The notes under the pieces: model-generated
What the model was told of the DNA's origin: nothing
The model's input: only the letters and a program-made list of their open reading frames with translations
Database searches by the model: none
NCBI GenBank assembly: GCA_009693165.1
Contig: SHXX01000001.1
Coordinates: 7,248 to 71,247 of the forward strand
From: Chloroflexota bacterium
Lineage (GTDB): Bacteria > Chloroflexota > UBA11872 > UBA12225
DNA: 64,000 bases
Direction of reading: 5' to 3'
In this document: positions 49,558-59,235 of the stretch, piece by piece
How positions within the stretch are numbered: position 1 is the stretch's first letter
Layout of the letters: every line of letters starts with the position of its first letter
Position numbers and translations under genes: made by a program

Positions 49558-49786
49558 GCGTACTCCCTTTTCAAAGCCTCACCAGTGCCGGCGACTGGAT
49601 TTGGCCAGGACCAAGTCCGCGCACTCCCCCAATGGCGAGCAGACCGAGATTGCTGATGCGCGGTTGGGGATTGGTTCCATTGTCCCCATCCATCCCTTCA
49701 TGCCAGCTCATTGCCGCGGCCACGTCTTTTTGGACAGCCGGGATCCTGCCAGATGGTCGCACACCGCTTGTGCCAGGGCACGATCG

Positions 49787-52700
49787 TCACCGCATCTCCA
49801 GATCATCCTCGAGGGCCAGGTAGGCGTCGGTGAGTGCCTTCAGCACCTCCGGGTCAGGCGCGTCCCAGATGCCCCGTGAGGCTGCTTCCAGGAGCCGTGA
49901 AGCTGCTTGATGCCACGCCCACGGGTTTGCCTCGCCCAAGGTTTCTCGGTTCGCGGTGTCGAGCAGGCACGAACGTGCGAGGTCCTCATATACCCATCCC
50001 GGCACGCTCTGAGTGGTTGCTCCCCAACCGAACGCATATTCGATGCTGTTCGCAACCTCGCTTGCGCCGCGATAGCCGTGGCGAGCCATCGCAGCCAACC
50101 ACGTCGGATGCGTCACGCGCGTACGCACGACGCGTCGAACTTCCTCCTCGACCGTCCGTGCAACTGGTGCATTCGGATCGCTCGCATCAATGACGAATGC
50201 TTCCACGGGTCCGGAACCCTCAGGTCCGCGCCAGCGCCGTGCGGTGGCGATCATCCCCCCGTGGTCCTGGAAGTAGTCGTCACTGTCGAGAATGTCGTGT
50301 TCCCGGTTGTCCTGCACCTTGGCCGCGACATCAATCTGTCCGAACCGACGTCGGAATGCATCCGGGTTGAAGTCACCCTCGTTAGTGCGGCCGTATGAGT
50401 GGGCGCTCCAGCGTTCGTACACGTCGGTCAGGTCGTCCGCGTCAGACCAACTGCCGTGCTGGATCATCGGCAGCAGACCGCTTCCATACGTTCCGGGTCG
50501 GGGCCCGAAGATGCGGCCATCGGTCACAATTCCGGTGTCGTGCGCCCGTGGAGCGTTCATCTCCAATGGCTCATCCGTTCCCTTGACGGCGACGAACGCA
50601 TCGTCAAGAAGGGTCAGCAGGCCGGGAAATGCGTCGCGGAAGAATCCGCTGACTCGGACCACCACGTCGATTCGTGGCCGACCGAGCGTGGCCAACGGGA
50701 TGACCTCCAGTCCCGTCACTTGTCCCGATGCCCAACGGGGGGACACACCGAGTAACCAGAGGGCCTGCGCGACATCCTCGGCACCGGTCCTGATCGCTGA
50801 CGTTCCCCACATCACGAGACCAACCGTACGCGGAAGGTGACCGCGCCGCTCCTTGAAGCGCGAAAGCAGGGCATCTCCCATACGGCGGCCGTTGTCCCAA
50901 GCCGCTTCCGTGGGCAGTGTCCGTGGATCCGTGGTCGACAGGTTCCGACCGGTGGGTAGGCAGTGCCACACGCCTCTGCTTGGCGCACCAGGTGGACCAG
51001 GTGGGATGAACCGACCGTCAAGGACGCGTGTGACAGCGCCGAGTTCGTCCGGCGTTTGCCTCAGCGCCGGCCAAATCCGGGTGGCGATAGCCCGAAGGAC
51101 CGGCGAGACAGGCCGACGGGTTTCGCGGGATCCGATTGCCAAAGAACCATGTATGCCTCGCGCCCGTCGTCGCACGCGGAGTGCACGTCCAACCGCGAGT
51201 TCGATGCCTTGGTCATCCCGGTCAATCCGGCGACGTACGGTGCGCACACCAGTTCGCCGGCTGGATCGACGCCCCTCGCGGTCGAGTGTTTTGAGCAGTG
51301 ATCGCAGCATTCGCACCGTAGGATCACTTCGCGGATGCTCACCTGGCAATGCGCTCGTCCTTGGCGGGCTGGGTGCCAACAGTTGGCCCGATGCATCGCG
51401 ACCAGTCGCTTCAAGTCCCGGCCGGTTTGCGGATCCCACCCGCGCGATCGCCCGCACGAACTCGGCCCGGACACGGCCACGTGGTGCCTGCCCAAGGATG
51501 TGCAGCCCCGCACGGGTAGTTGCCAAGTCAAGATCGTGAAGATAGTGGGCTAGTCGGACTTCAACGTTTTTCCAGCCTTCGTCGTCATCGGATGCCGGCG
51601 GAGCCCTTTCGATGGTTCCGCCCGTCTCGGTCGCGAGAGCCTCGTCGTCCAGGTGATTTGCCTCGATGGTTGCCCACAGCCGGAGGCGCTCCGATCCAAG
51701 CCGGGCCTTGTCGACGGACGCACCTCGTTCGTGGCCGTCTCGAGCCACGGGGATTGCCGACCGAACGCTTTCGAGAGCTGCTGACAATCCGTTCATCGCA
51801 AGTGGCGGGGGCAGGTGTCCGATTGTCACCGCGTGTGAACGACGCTTGGCCTGGGCAGCTTCGCCCGGATCGCTCACCAGGAACGGGTAGATGTTCGGTA
51901 AAGGCCCGAGGGTTCGCTCCGGATTGCAATTGGGTGACGTTCCGGTTGCCTTGCCCGGTAGCCACTCTAGTGTCCCGTGCTTGCCAAGGTGAATGACCGC
52001 GAGCGCGCCCCATTCTTCCGGGTTGCGCAGCCAACGGTAGAACGCAACATAGGATGGAGGCGCGGGGAGCTCCGGGTCGTGGGCGAGCATTTCAGCAGCA
52101 TCTCCCCACCCGCGTGGTGGTTGAATGCCGATGAACACCTTTCCGAACTGGAGACCCGGGGGGGTCCATCCAGGCCCGTCAACCGGCGCGTCACGCCAAC
52201 GGTCATCCCACGTTCCTCGGCGGATTAGCGCATGGATCAGTTCGTCGCCGGACCGGGGCCGGGCATCCCGCGGCCCCAGGTCGTAGCCCTGACGGGCAAG
52301 GGTCATCAGTAATCTGACCGCGGATTCTGGTGCGTCGAGCCCAACGGCACTGCCTATCCGGCCCGTGTGGCCTGAGGCGTTGTGCAAGAGAATGGCAATC
52401 CGTCGGTCCCGGGGTCGCGTGCTGCGAAGGCGGATCACTGAGGCGACTTGTGAGGCGACGAATCTGCAGCGTTCAGGGTCTGCCACCAGACGTGTCAGGC
52501 GGGCACCAGGGATCAAGTCATTCGTGAACGGTTCACGGAATGCGACCACGCCGGCGAAGATCCTGCCGTCCACCTCGGGAAGGGTGATCCCGAGGGTTGT
52601 GGTCATTCCGTCGAGTCCGCGCCGACTAGCCTGCCAGGCTTCGCGCGTCCCCATTGACCCCACCACTTGGAAGACGGGTACCCCGAAGCGTGAGAACGCT

Positions 52701-53569
52701 GGTTCGTGAACTTGCGTGGCCGGCGTTGCGTTTGCCCTTGCCCGGCGCCGCAAACTCCCTAGTACGTTTCGGCGATGATTGCGAAATGCCTTGTTCTGCG
52801 CGGGCTGTGTCCGTGGCGCCTGATCCTCCGCAGTCACGACAGGATCAACCGAGAAACTCAGCATTGTGATCAGGACATCGGGCGAGAACGCACAATCATG
52901 CCCTCGAAGTAGCGTGTCCAATGCCTCGATCCTTCCGTCCCGAAGGCTTGAGACGGCCACGACCTTCGACCGGATGCCCGCATGTGCCAGTGCATCCACG
53001 AGACCAACGATTGCGCCTGTATCGCCCGCAACCACCTGCGACCGGTAAGCGACGATTACAGCCATGGGAGCGGTCACAGGCAATTCGGCCATGTCTGTTA
53101 TGTCAACTACACCGACATCAGGCAGATGCTCCGGTGCGATGACATCACGACCGGCTAGCCAGTCGAACATCGCCGTCAGGTTTCCCGCCCCACCGGCATT
53201 CAAGTACGCCCGTGCATGGTGCTCGAGTACCAACGACGATGGAGGGCTAGTTGCCCAGTCGAGGCGAGGCGGCATCTCCGCGCGATTTTCGGGCGGTCGG
53301 GCAGGGGTGCCGGCTTCGACAAACGCCACCGGAATACCCGCGCGACTGAAGGGTGCGAGCATTCTGGACACCTCTGGCTGCGTCTTCGAAGCATTAAGCA
53401 CGTGGGCGATCACGACCCGCGACCCCGATGAGACAAGCTCAGGGATTGCAACTGACGGATCGCCCAACCGCGTTACACGAACCTTGGCGGCGCGAACCGG
53501 CCCCATGCACGCAAGGGCATGGGCGACGGCTAGCAGGTCGCTATCCAGATTTGTCAGGAAGTGGATCAA
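49787..53569 (-). CDS. cobN: Cobaltochelatase large subunit CobN
   Basis: 1260-aa CobN/Mg-chelatase H family protein lying between cobO and the ChlI/D-like gene. The ATG overlaps the cobO stop by 4 nt. Confidence 0.9.
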   Translation of the reverse strand: MIHFLTNLDSDLLAVAHALACMGPVRAAKVRVTRLGDPSVAIPELVSSGSRVVIAHVLNASKTQPEVSRMLAPFSRAGIPVAFVEAGTPARPPENRAEMPPRLDWATSPPSSLVLEHHARAYLNAGGAGNLTAMFDWLAGRDVIAPEHLPDVGVVDITDMAELPVTAPMAVIVAYRSQVVAGDTGAIVGLVDALAHAGIRSKVVAVSSLRDGRIEALDTLLRGHDCAFSPDVLITMLSFSVDPVVTAEDQAPRTQPAQNKAFRNHRRNVLGSLRRRARANATPATQVHEPAFSRFGVPVFQVVGSMGTREAWQASRRGLDGMTTTLGITLPEVDGRIFAGVVAFREPFTNDLIPGARLTRLVADPERCRFVASQVASVIRLRSTRPRDRRIAILLHNASGHTGRIGSAVGLDAPESAVRLLMTLARQGYDLGPRDARPRSGDELIHALIRRGTWDDRWRDAPVDGPGWTPPGLQFGKVFIGIQPPRGWGDAAEMLAHDPELPAPPSYVAFYRWLRNPEEWGALAVIHLGKHGTLEWLPGKATGTSPNCNPERTLGPLPNIYPFLVSDPGEAAQAKRRSHAVTIGHLPPPLAMNGLSAALESVRSAIPVARDGHERGASVDKARLGSERLRLWATIEANHLDDEALATETGGTIERAPPASDDDEGWKNVEVRLAHYLHDLDLATTRAGLHILGQAPRGRVRAEFVRAIARVGSANRPGLEATGRDASGQLLAPSPPRTSALPGEHPRSDPTVRMLRSLLKTLDREGRRSSRRTGVRTVRRRIDRDDQGIELAVGRALRVRRRARGIHGSLAIGSRETRRPVSPVLRAIATRIWPALRQTPDELGAVTRVLDGRFIPPGPPGAPSRGVWHCLPTGRNLSTTDPRTLPTEAAWDNGRRMGDALLSRFKERRGHLPRTVGLVMWGTSAIRTGAEDVAQALWLLGVSPRWASGQVTGLEVIPLATLGRPRIDVVVRVSGFFRDAFPGLLTLLDDAFVAVKGTDEPLEMNAPRAHDTGIVTDGRIFGPRPGTYGSGLLPMIQHGSWSDADDLTDVYERWSAHSYGRTNEGDFNPDAFRRRFGQIDVAAKVQDNREHDILDSDDYFQDHGGMIATARRWRGPEGSGPVEAFVIDASDPNAPVARTVEEEVRRVVRTRVTHPTWLAAMARHGYRGASEVANSIEYAFGWGATTQSVPGWVYEDLARSCLLDTANRETLGEANPWAWHQAASRLLEAASRGIWDAPDPEVLKALTDAYLALEDDLEMR

Positions 53570-54195
53570 AACTCGATCCCGCGTTGGGCCATGATCCCGG
53601 CGCGGAACGGATGCTTGATCTCGCGCATTTCCGTGACCAGGTCAGCGCGTTCGATCAGCGCATCCGGCGCGTCCCGACCTGTCAGGATGAGATGCAGCAT
53701 TTCCGGTTTGGCCTCGACCAATCCGATGACCGTTTCGAGGGAGACCAGTCCAGCCTTGATGGCTCCCAGGATCTCATCGAGAATCACGACCGCCCACGCT
53801 CCAGAAACGATTTGCTCGCGCACCAAGGTGATGGCGGCGTCCGCAGCCAGTTGATGCTCATTGTCGGTGATCCGCGGATTGCGAAGATGATCGATGGTGA
53901 AACCGCGCCCCATCCTCTCGATACGGACCAGCGGGGCGAATTGGGCAAGTGCCTCGACCTCTCCGGTCTTCCATTCGCCCTTGATGAACTGGACAATCAG
54001 GACTGGCATGCGGTTGCCCGCTGAACGCAAGGCAATGCCAAACGACGCGGTCGACTTGCCCTTGCCATTGCCAGTGAAGATCGCCACGAGACCCTTGCGA
54101 CGCATCTCCTTGGGTTTGGGCCGGGACTTGGTGACGGGCGCCGCTGGCGCCTCATGGGAATCGCCGGAAGTGATTTGCTCTGTGTCCTTCGTCAT
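53566..54195 (-). CDS. cobO: Cob(I)yrinic acid a,c-diamide adenosyltransferase
   Basis: KGLVAIFTGNGKGKSTASFG P-loop, VLIVQFIKG, VILDEI, and C-terminal HPFRAG. Confidence 0.9.
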   Translation of the reverse strand: MTKDTEQITSGDSHEAPAAPVTKSRPKPKEMRRKGLVAIFTGNGKGKSTASFGIALRSAGNRMPVLIVQFIKGEWKTGEVEALAQFAPLVRIERMGRGFTIDHLRNPRITDNEHQLAADAAITLVREQIVSGAWAVVILDEILGAIKAGLVSLETVIGLVEAKPEMLHLILTGRDAPDALIERADLVTEMREIKHPFRAGIMAQRGIEF

Positions 54196-54441
54196 TTATG
54201 TCCTTGGCGGGCGCGCCACGCTGCTGCAATGGGTGATCGAGTTTCAAAGTCGGTACGCGTCAGACGGGTACTGTCCCGTTTCGTCTGAAGTTCGTGCTGC
54301 CAGACCGCGACACCCTTATCTGCTCGCCGTTGAACCGGGTACCACCACCACCGAATGCGTGCTGTCCGGTTCGGTGTAACCGCACTGCAACGGAGCGGTC
54401 GCGAACGCCGGTAACACTGACAGTACCATCTGATTTAGAGA

Positions 54442-55959
54442 ATGCCTCGACCTTCACTGCTGTCGTCCTTGTGTGTGGTCTGCCTCTCGGTCGTGTCGGC
54501 CGCGGGGTGGATGGGCGTGCGCTTGGATGGAACCGCGTCACCCCGTGCGTCATCGACGGCGGCCGTTCGTCCGACTGGTGGGATGGACGCTGGGTTGACT
54601 TCGCAGGGTCGCCGACGCGATGCCTGGCAGCCTTCGCCCGTCCCCGCCGGTGTGTCTGGCGGCCAAAAGGCGCGGACCGATACGGCATCACAGGCTGGCT
54701 CGAATGCTTCAACTGTGGACGTGCGACGCCGAGATGCATGGCAACCGTCACCGGTTCCGGCGCAGGGCTCTGGTGCCGTAGGCGTAGCCGTCGCGAGGCC
54801 GGTTCCGGTTGGTGGAGCCCAGGCCCTACCCGCATCGGTTCCGGTGGTCGCACCCGCGCGCAGTGCGGCCTCTCATGCGTCTCGGGTCGTTGACGCCTCT
54901 AACGCCCAACAGGGCGGGATATGGACTGCGCTGACGCGGGCCGTTTCGGTCATCCAGGATCCATCGCGTGACGTGGCGCGCATTGTCCACCTGATCGCCA
55001 ACGTCATCACCGACACGACTGGTGAGGGTGAACCGCTGTCGGGAATGATGTATCTCAACTATGAAGACGTGTTCACAACCGAACGTCTCGAAGCCATCTA
55101 TGGCACGGGTGTCTTGCCGAAGCGTAGAGGCGAATGGCACTACGAACAGGTTGACAGCCGTGCCCTCGGGTCGAGTGAACAGGTTTTGGTCTGGACGCCT
55201 GCTGGCTACGAGAGTTCGGTGTCCAGACTGCCGACCCTGTACCTCCTTCACGGTGCGGGCGGTCCAGGGGGGTTTGGGGTCGATGAATGGCTCGGTTATG
55301 CCATCACCGAGGACCTCGACCGCCTGATCGATCAGCGAATGATTGAACCGATGATCGTTGTCCTGCCGGATGGCCAGCAGGGCTACTGGACCAACCATGC
55401 AAATAGCGGTCCCCAGTGGGCTGACTTCGTGACTGACGACATCGTTCCTTACGTCGATGCTCACTTCCGTACCGACGCACGGCGCGAACGGCGGGCGATC
55501 GGTGGACTTTCAATGGGTGCACACGGGGCAATGCAGATTGCCTACCGCAGGCCGGAACTGTTCTCTATCGCAGGCGCACACAGCCCCACGATCAGGCCAT
55601 TCGAGGACAGTCCGGAGTTTTTCGGTGACCAGGCACACTTCCGCCTGTACGATCCGCTAATGATCGTCCGGACGACAAACAACGCCAAACGGGTCCTGAC
55701 CTGGATCGATCTTGGAAACGAAGACAAGTTCCGTTGGACGACCGCCGAGATGAGGCAGGCGCTTCTGGCCCACGATGCCCCACTAGAGTTCCATGTCTTC
55801 GAGGGTGAGCATGAGGGGTGGTACTGGATGGGGTACCTGCCGGAGTACCTCCGGTTTTACTCACGTGCACTTCATTCCACGACGTTCACGCCCGACGGCG
55901 CACCGGATCTTCAGGACGACATGATCCTCCTGACTGCGCCGGCGCAACCGGGTCGCTAA
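54442..55959 (+). CDS. Secreted esterase (putative esterase / esterase D-like alpha/beta hydrolase) with repeat-containing N-terminal region
   Basis: Signal-like N-terminus MPRPSLLSSLCVVCLSVVSAAG. Catalytic-domain motifs PTLYLLHGAGG and GGLSMGAHGA (GxSxG). Contains two RRRDAWQPSPVPA repeats. Confidence 0.8.
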   Translation: MPRPSLLSSLCVVCLSVVSAAGWMGVRLDGTASPRASSTAAVRPTGGMDAGLTSQGRRRDAWQPSPVPAGVSGGQKARTDTASQAGSNASTVDVRRRDAWQPSPVPAQGSGAVGVAVARPVPVGGAQALPASVPVVAPARSAASHASRVVDASNAQQGGIWTALTRAVSVIQDPSRDVARIVHLIANVITDTTGEGEPLSGMMYLNYEDVFTTERLEAIYGTGVLPKRRGEWHYEQVDSRALGSSEQVLVWTPAGYESSVSRLPTLYLLHGAGGPGGFGVDEWLGYAITEDLDRLIDQRMIEPMIVVLPDGQQGYWTNHANSGPQWADFVTDDIVPYVDAHFRTDARRERRAIGGLSMGAHGAMQIAYRRPELFSIAGAHSPTIRPFEDSPEFFGDQAHFRLYDPLMIVRTTNNAKRVLTWIDLGNEDKFRWTTAEMRQALLAHDAPLEFHVFEGEHEGWYWMGYLPEYLRFYSRALHSTTFTPDGAPDLQDDMILLTAPAQPGR

Positions 55960-56136
55960 CCCGAGATTCCGAGCACGGATAAGCTTCCCGTACAACGTTT
56001 TCGGGTCGCGGCAGGTGCGTTCCGGTGACGGGTGATAGGGTAAGTCCGGACGGATCATCCTGCGTGGCTGGCCCGTCGGAACCAATCCTCTGAACCACCA
56101 TATTTGCGCTAAACGCGTTCCAATCAAGACGTCTTC

Positions 56137-57489
56137 ATGATCGCATCGCAATCGAATGGTGGCGACAAAGACCCGAACCGCCGGGTGATCCGGGGTGGCG
56201 GGAAGCCGTCATCCGCGGGGTCAACGTTCGTTCCCCGCTTCCCTGGTGATCGCCCGGGCCTCGACGACATTTCGGTTCGTCTGCCAACCCCGTTTCAGTC
56301 CGGGGACTTCGCGGCGGTCAAACCTGCCGAACCCGAACCTGGTGTCACCGAACCGGCTGCAAGACCCAAGATCCCGGCTGGCGTCACGCTCGCATCGTCA
56401 GGGCGCGACCTGCGGCTGGACGCGCTTCGCGGGTGGTGCGCATTGGCGATGGTCATTGACCATTTCGGTGGCGCATCCTGGTTGTACGTATTCACGGGTG
56501 GCAACACGTTCTTTGCTTCGGCCGCCGAGGGGTTCATCTTCGTGTCGGGTCTCCTCGTGGGGCAGATCTACGGCGTACGGATTACCCGGGACGGTCTTGC
56601 TTCGGTCCAGCTCAGGCTGTTGCGGCGCGCCGCGACCTTGTACGGGATGACCATTGGTCTGACTTTCCTGTTCATTGGCCTGTCGCGCTTTGCGTCGATG
56701 CCGTGGTTGCAGGACGAGACCCCGGTTTCGCCGAAACTCATTGTGAGCTTGGTGACGCTTCATCACACCTATTACCTCGTGGACGTGATGTTGCTCTACA
56801 CGATTCTCATGCTGCTTTCGCCGGGAGCACTGCTTCTACTTCACACCAAGAACACCAGGTGGGTCGCCGGACTGACCATCGGCCTCTGGGCCGTGTATCA
56901 GGTGTTTCCGGTGCAGGCGCAGTTTCCTTGGCCGATCGTGAATAACGACACGTTCCAGGTTCCAGCATGGCAACTCTGGTTCTTCACGGGCATGATCCTG
57001 GGTTACCACCGGGATGTCGTTCGCCAGCGGGTACGCCTGGTTTCACTTCCTGTTGTCACGGGGACTCTGGCTGTACTCGCTCTGGTGACCGTCTGGCTCT
57101 ATGCGACAGACGGCGCATTCCTCGCGGAGGTACTCCAGGCGCCGAGCGGGCACGAGGTACTGGCCGTGCTGTTCGACAAGCACGTAGCGCGCGTCGGAAG
57201 GGTGGTCGCGTTCGGCATCTGGTTTCCACTCTTCTACCTGGTCCTGACGTTGGCCGGGAGGCCAATCCTCAGGGGTTTGGGGTGGTTGCTGGTGCCATTC
57301 GGGCAGAATGCCCTGTACGTGTATGCGCTCCACCTGTTCGCAGTTTATCTTGGTGCGCTTGCCCTCCCCTATGTGGCAGGGTTTGACCGGTTCAATCCGT
57401 TGCACAACACGCCGATGCAAATCCTGGCGGTTGCACTTATCTGGGTTGCAGTGCGCTTGAGGCTGTTCTTCGACGTAGTGCCGAGATAG
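56137..57489 (+). CDS. OpgC-domain / acyltransferase-3-like integral membrane protein
   Basis: RLDALRGWCALAMVIDHFGG... followed by about 10 hydrophobic segments. Confidence 0.7.
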   Translation: MIASQSNGGDKDPNRRVIRGGGKPSSAGSTFVPRFPGDRPGLDDISVRLPTPFQSGDFAAVKPAEPEPGVTEPAARPKIPAGVTLASSGRDLRLDALRGWCALAMVIDHFGGASWLYVFTGGNTFFASAAEGFIFVSGLLVGQIYGVRITRDGLASVQLRLLRRAATLYGMTIGLTFLFIGLSRFASMPWLQDETPVSPKLIVSLVTLHHTYYLVDVMLLYTILMLLSPGALLLLHTKNTRWVAGLTIGLWAVYQVFPVQAQFPWPIVNNDTFQVPAWQLWFFTGMILGYHRDVVRQRVRLVSLPVVTGTLAVLALVTVWLYATDGAFLAEVLQAPSGHEVLAVLFDKHVARVGRVVAFGIWFPLFYLVLTLAGRPILRGLGWLLVPFGQNALYVYALHLFAVYLGALALPYVAGFDRFNPLHNTPMQILAVALIWVAVRLRLFFDVVPR

Positions 57490-57634
57490 CGCCTGACCGA
57501 CCGTGTTCCCAGACTGATCTGACACGTCCGGACTAGCGTTCAACGGCGGTGGACAGGGTGAAGTTCAGGGTGTGATGGCAGTACTAACCGATGGGCATTC
57601 GCCATCGTTGAGGACTAAACAACGTCAGCGGCTA

Positions 57635-58987
57635 CTAGTCGATGTGCCGGCCAACCAGACGCCACCACAGGGTCGATGGGTCGCGCGCCTTGTCGACGAT
57701 TATTGGTGGAATGCGCACGGGCACCCTTCCTGAAAGGAGGGGCATGGAACTTGATGGGCTGACCAGATTGTCCATGGAGAGCTCCCAAGGCCACGGCGCC
57801 GTCGTCGAAGTCCGGGACGCCGGGGGGGTACTCAACGCCGGAGGCAGTCCCGGCATCGTTACCCCGCCTACCGAGGTCTGCCCTGGATCAAGTGGCAATA
57901 CCCGGACGGCACGGGTCCCAGTACGGGCTAGATCCGCGTCAACAGTTGCAGAAAGGAACCTGACTGCATCATCGATCACCGGGGTCGGGAGCTCGTGACC
58001 GACACCTCTGGTCTTCAGGAAACGGGTCACACATCCCGCGTCCTGAACGGCACGCGCAAACTTCTCAGCGCGTTCCGCCCGGTTCTTGCCTTGGAAAATG
58101 TCCCACTGGCGCGGTACGTCGGCGTCCTTGCTGTCGAGTTCACCGACACCGATCCAGTAGCGCACCTGCTTCACGGCATCGAGGTTCACCGTCCGGCCAA
58201 GCTTCTGGTCAATCCCATCCGTCCCGAAAGGGAACGGCGCGGCAAACGTCCCGGAAGTGGTGGTCACGGTGCGGGTTGGCATCGTGTAGGTTCCGGCAGA
58301 GGCCGCGCCCACCCCAATGACCCGGTCGGGATAGATCAATCCGAGGCGCGTGGCGGTCTGTGCTCCACGCGAGAACCCGAATGTGAGGAAGCGGTACTGA
58401 ATTGAGACGCCAGTGCTCCCGCCTTGAACGTGGGACACGACATCCATGACTTGCCGGATGATCCTGGGCTCTGATTTGACCAGTTGGTCTGGTTCACGCC
58501 ATTCACCATAGTCAAGTGTCGGCGCAATGATGACCCAGTTCCGAGCCTGTGCGAACGGCATCAGTTGCCCGCCAATCGCGTCGCCCTTTTGTCCCATCCC
58601 GTGAAGGGCGATGACCGCAACTCGCGGGACGTTTGGTCCGGCTGGCACGTAGACCCAAAATCCGGGTCGATCTCCATTAGCCGGAACGGAAAACTGTCGC
58701 GAGGAAGCCGTTTTCAGAACCGCCCCAACTTCCTGAACGACGGACCCGGCGTCCGCATCCCCAAGGGTCATGGCGTAGGAAGTCGTGGCCGAACACCAGA
58801 GCGAAACGATGAGCGCGACGGCAACCGCCGCGGTGACACGAAGCAGTGATCCGAATACCGAAATGGCTGACCTTGGGTCGGTCTGAATGTCAGCACCACG
58901 CGGCTCATTCACGCTCGTTCCGACTTTCACGCGCCAACCACATCTTCGACCATCCCGGTCTCGCGGACCTTGACGATCACCGATCAC
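57635..58987 (-). CDS. Secreted alpha/beta hydrolase (PHB-depolymerase/esterase-like)
   Basis: N-terminal anchor VAVALIVSLWCSA, VIALHGMGQKGD, and nucleophile elbow FGFSRGAQ (GxSxG). Start uncertain. Confidence 0.65.
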   Translation of the reverse strand: MIGDRQGPRDRDGRRCGWRVKVGTSVNEPRGADIQTDPRSAISVFGSLLRVTAAVAVALIVSLWCSATTSYAMTLGDADAGSVVQEVGAVLKTASSRQFSVPANGDRPGFWVYVPAGPNVPRVAVIALHGMGQKGDAIGGQLMPFAQARNWVIIAPTLDYGEWREPDQLVKSEPRIIRQVMDVVSHVQGGSTGVSIQYRFLTFGFSRGAQTATRLGLIYPDRVIGVGAASAGTYTMPTRTVTTTSGTFAAPFPFGTDGIDQKLGRTVNLDAVKQVRYWIGVGELDSKDADVPRQWDIFQGKNRAERAEKFARAVQDAGCVTRFLKTRGVGHELPTPVIDDAVRFLSATVDADLARTGTRAVRVLPLDPGQTSVGGVTMPGLPPALSTPPASRTSTTAPWPWELSMDNLVSPSSSMPLLSGRVPVRIPPIIVDKARDPSTLWWRLVGRHID

Positions 58988-59235
58988 ATTCCGTGGCTTT
59001 TTTTGATCATCCCGATCAGGTCAAGTCAAGGGCGATCATACGCCAACAACGGGTGGATTGCAACGCTTTTGTAACCGGTGAGTGAACAAACCGAGGTCAC
59101 TCCCCGAAGGTTCCGCACGACCGGGCATGTAGCTAGAAACGGCGCGGCATCCGGGGTGGTTCGACGGCGCCGAATACCTCCACCAAGTGCACTTGCGGGG
59201 TCACTCAGGTACCGGCGGGTGTCGGTGAATGGCCG

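Noticed and set aside
49571-49762. 63-aa GTG-initiated ORF in the cobN/chlID spacer as a small cob-associated protein.
   Set aside because: Third-position GC (about 60% by my count) did not look elevated relative to the clearly coding genes I read (not counted for those genes). There is no SD and no recognisable motif. It is left as part of the unexplained-spacer finding rather than annotated as a CDS.
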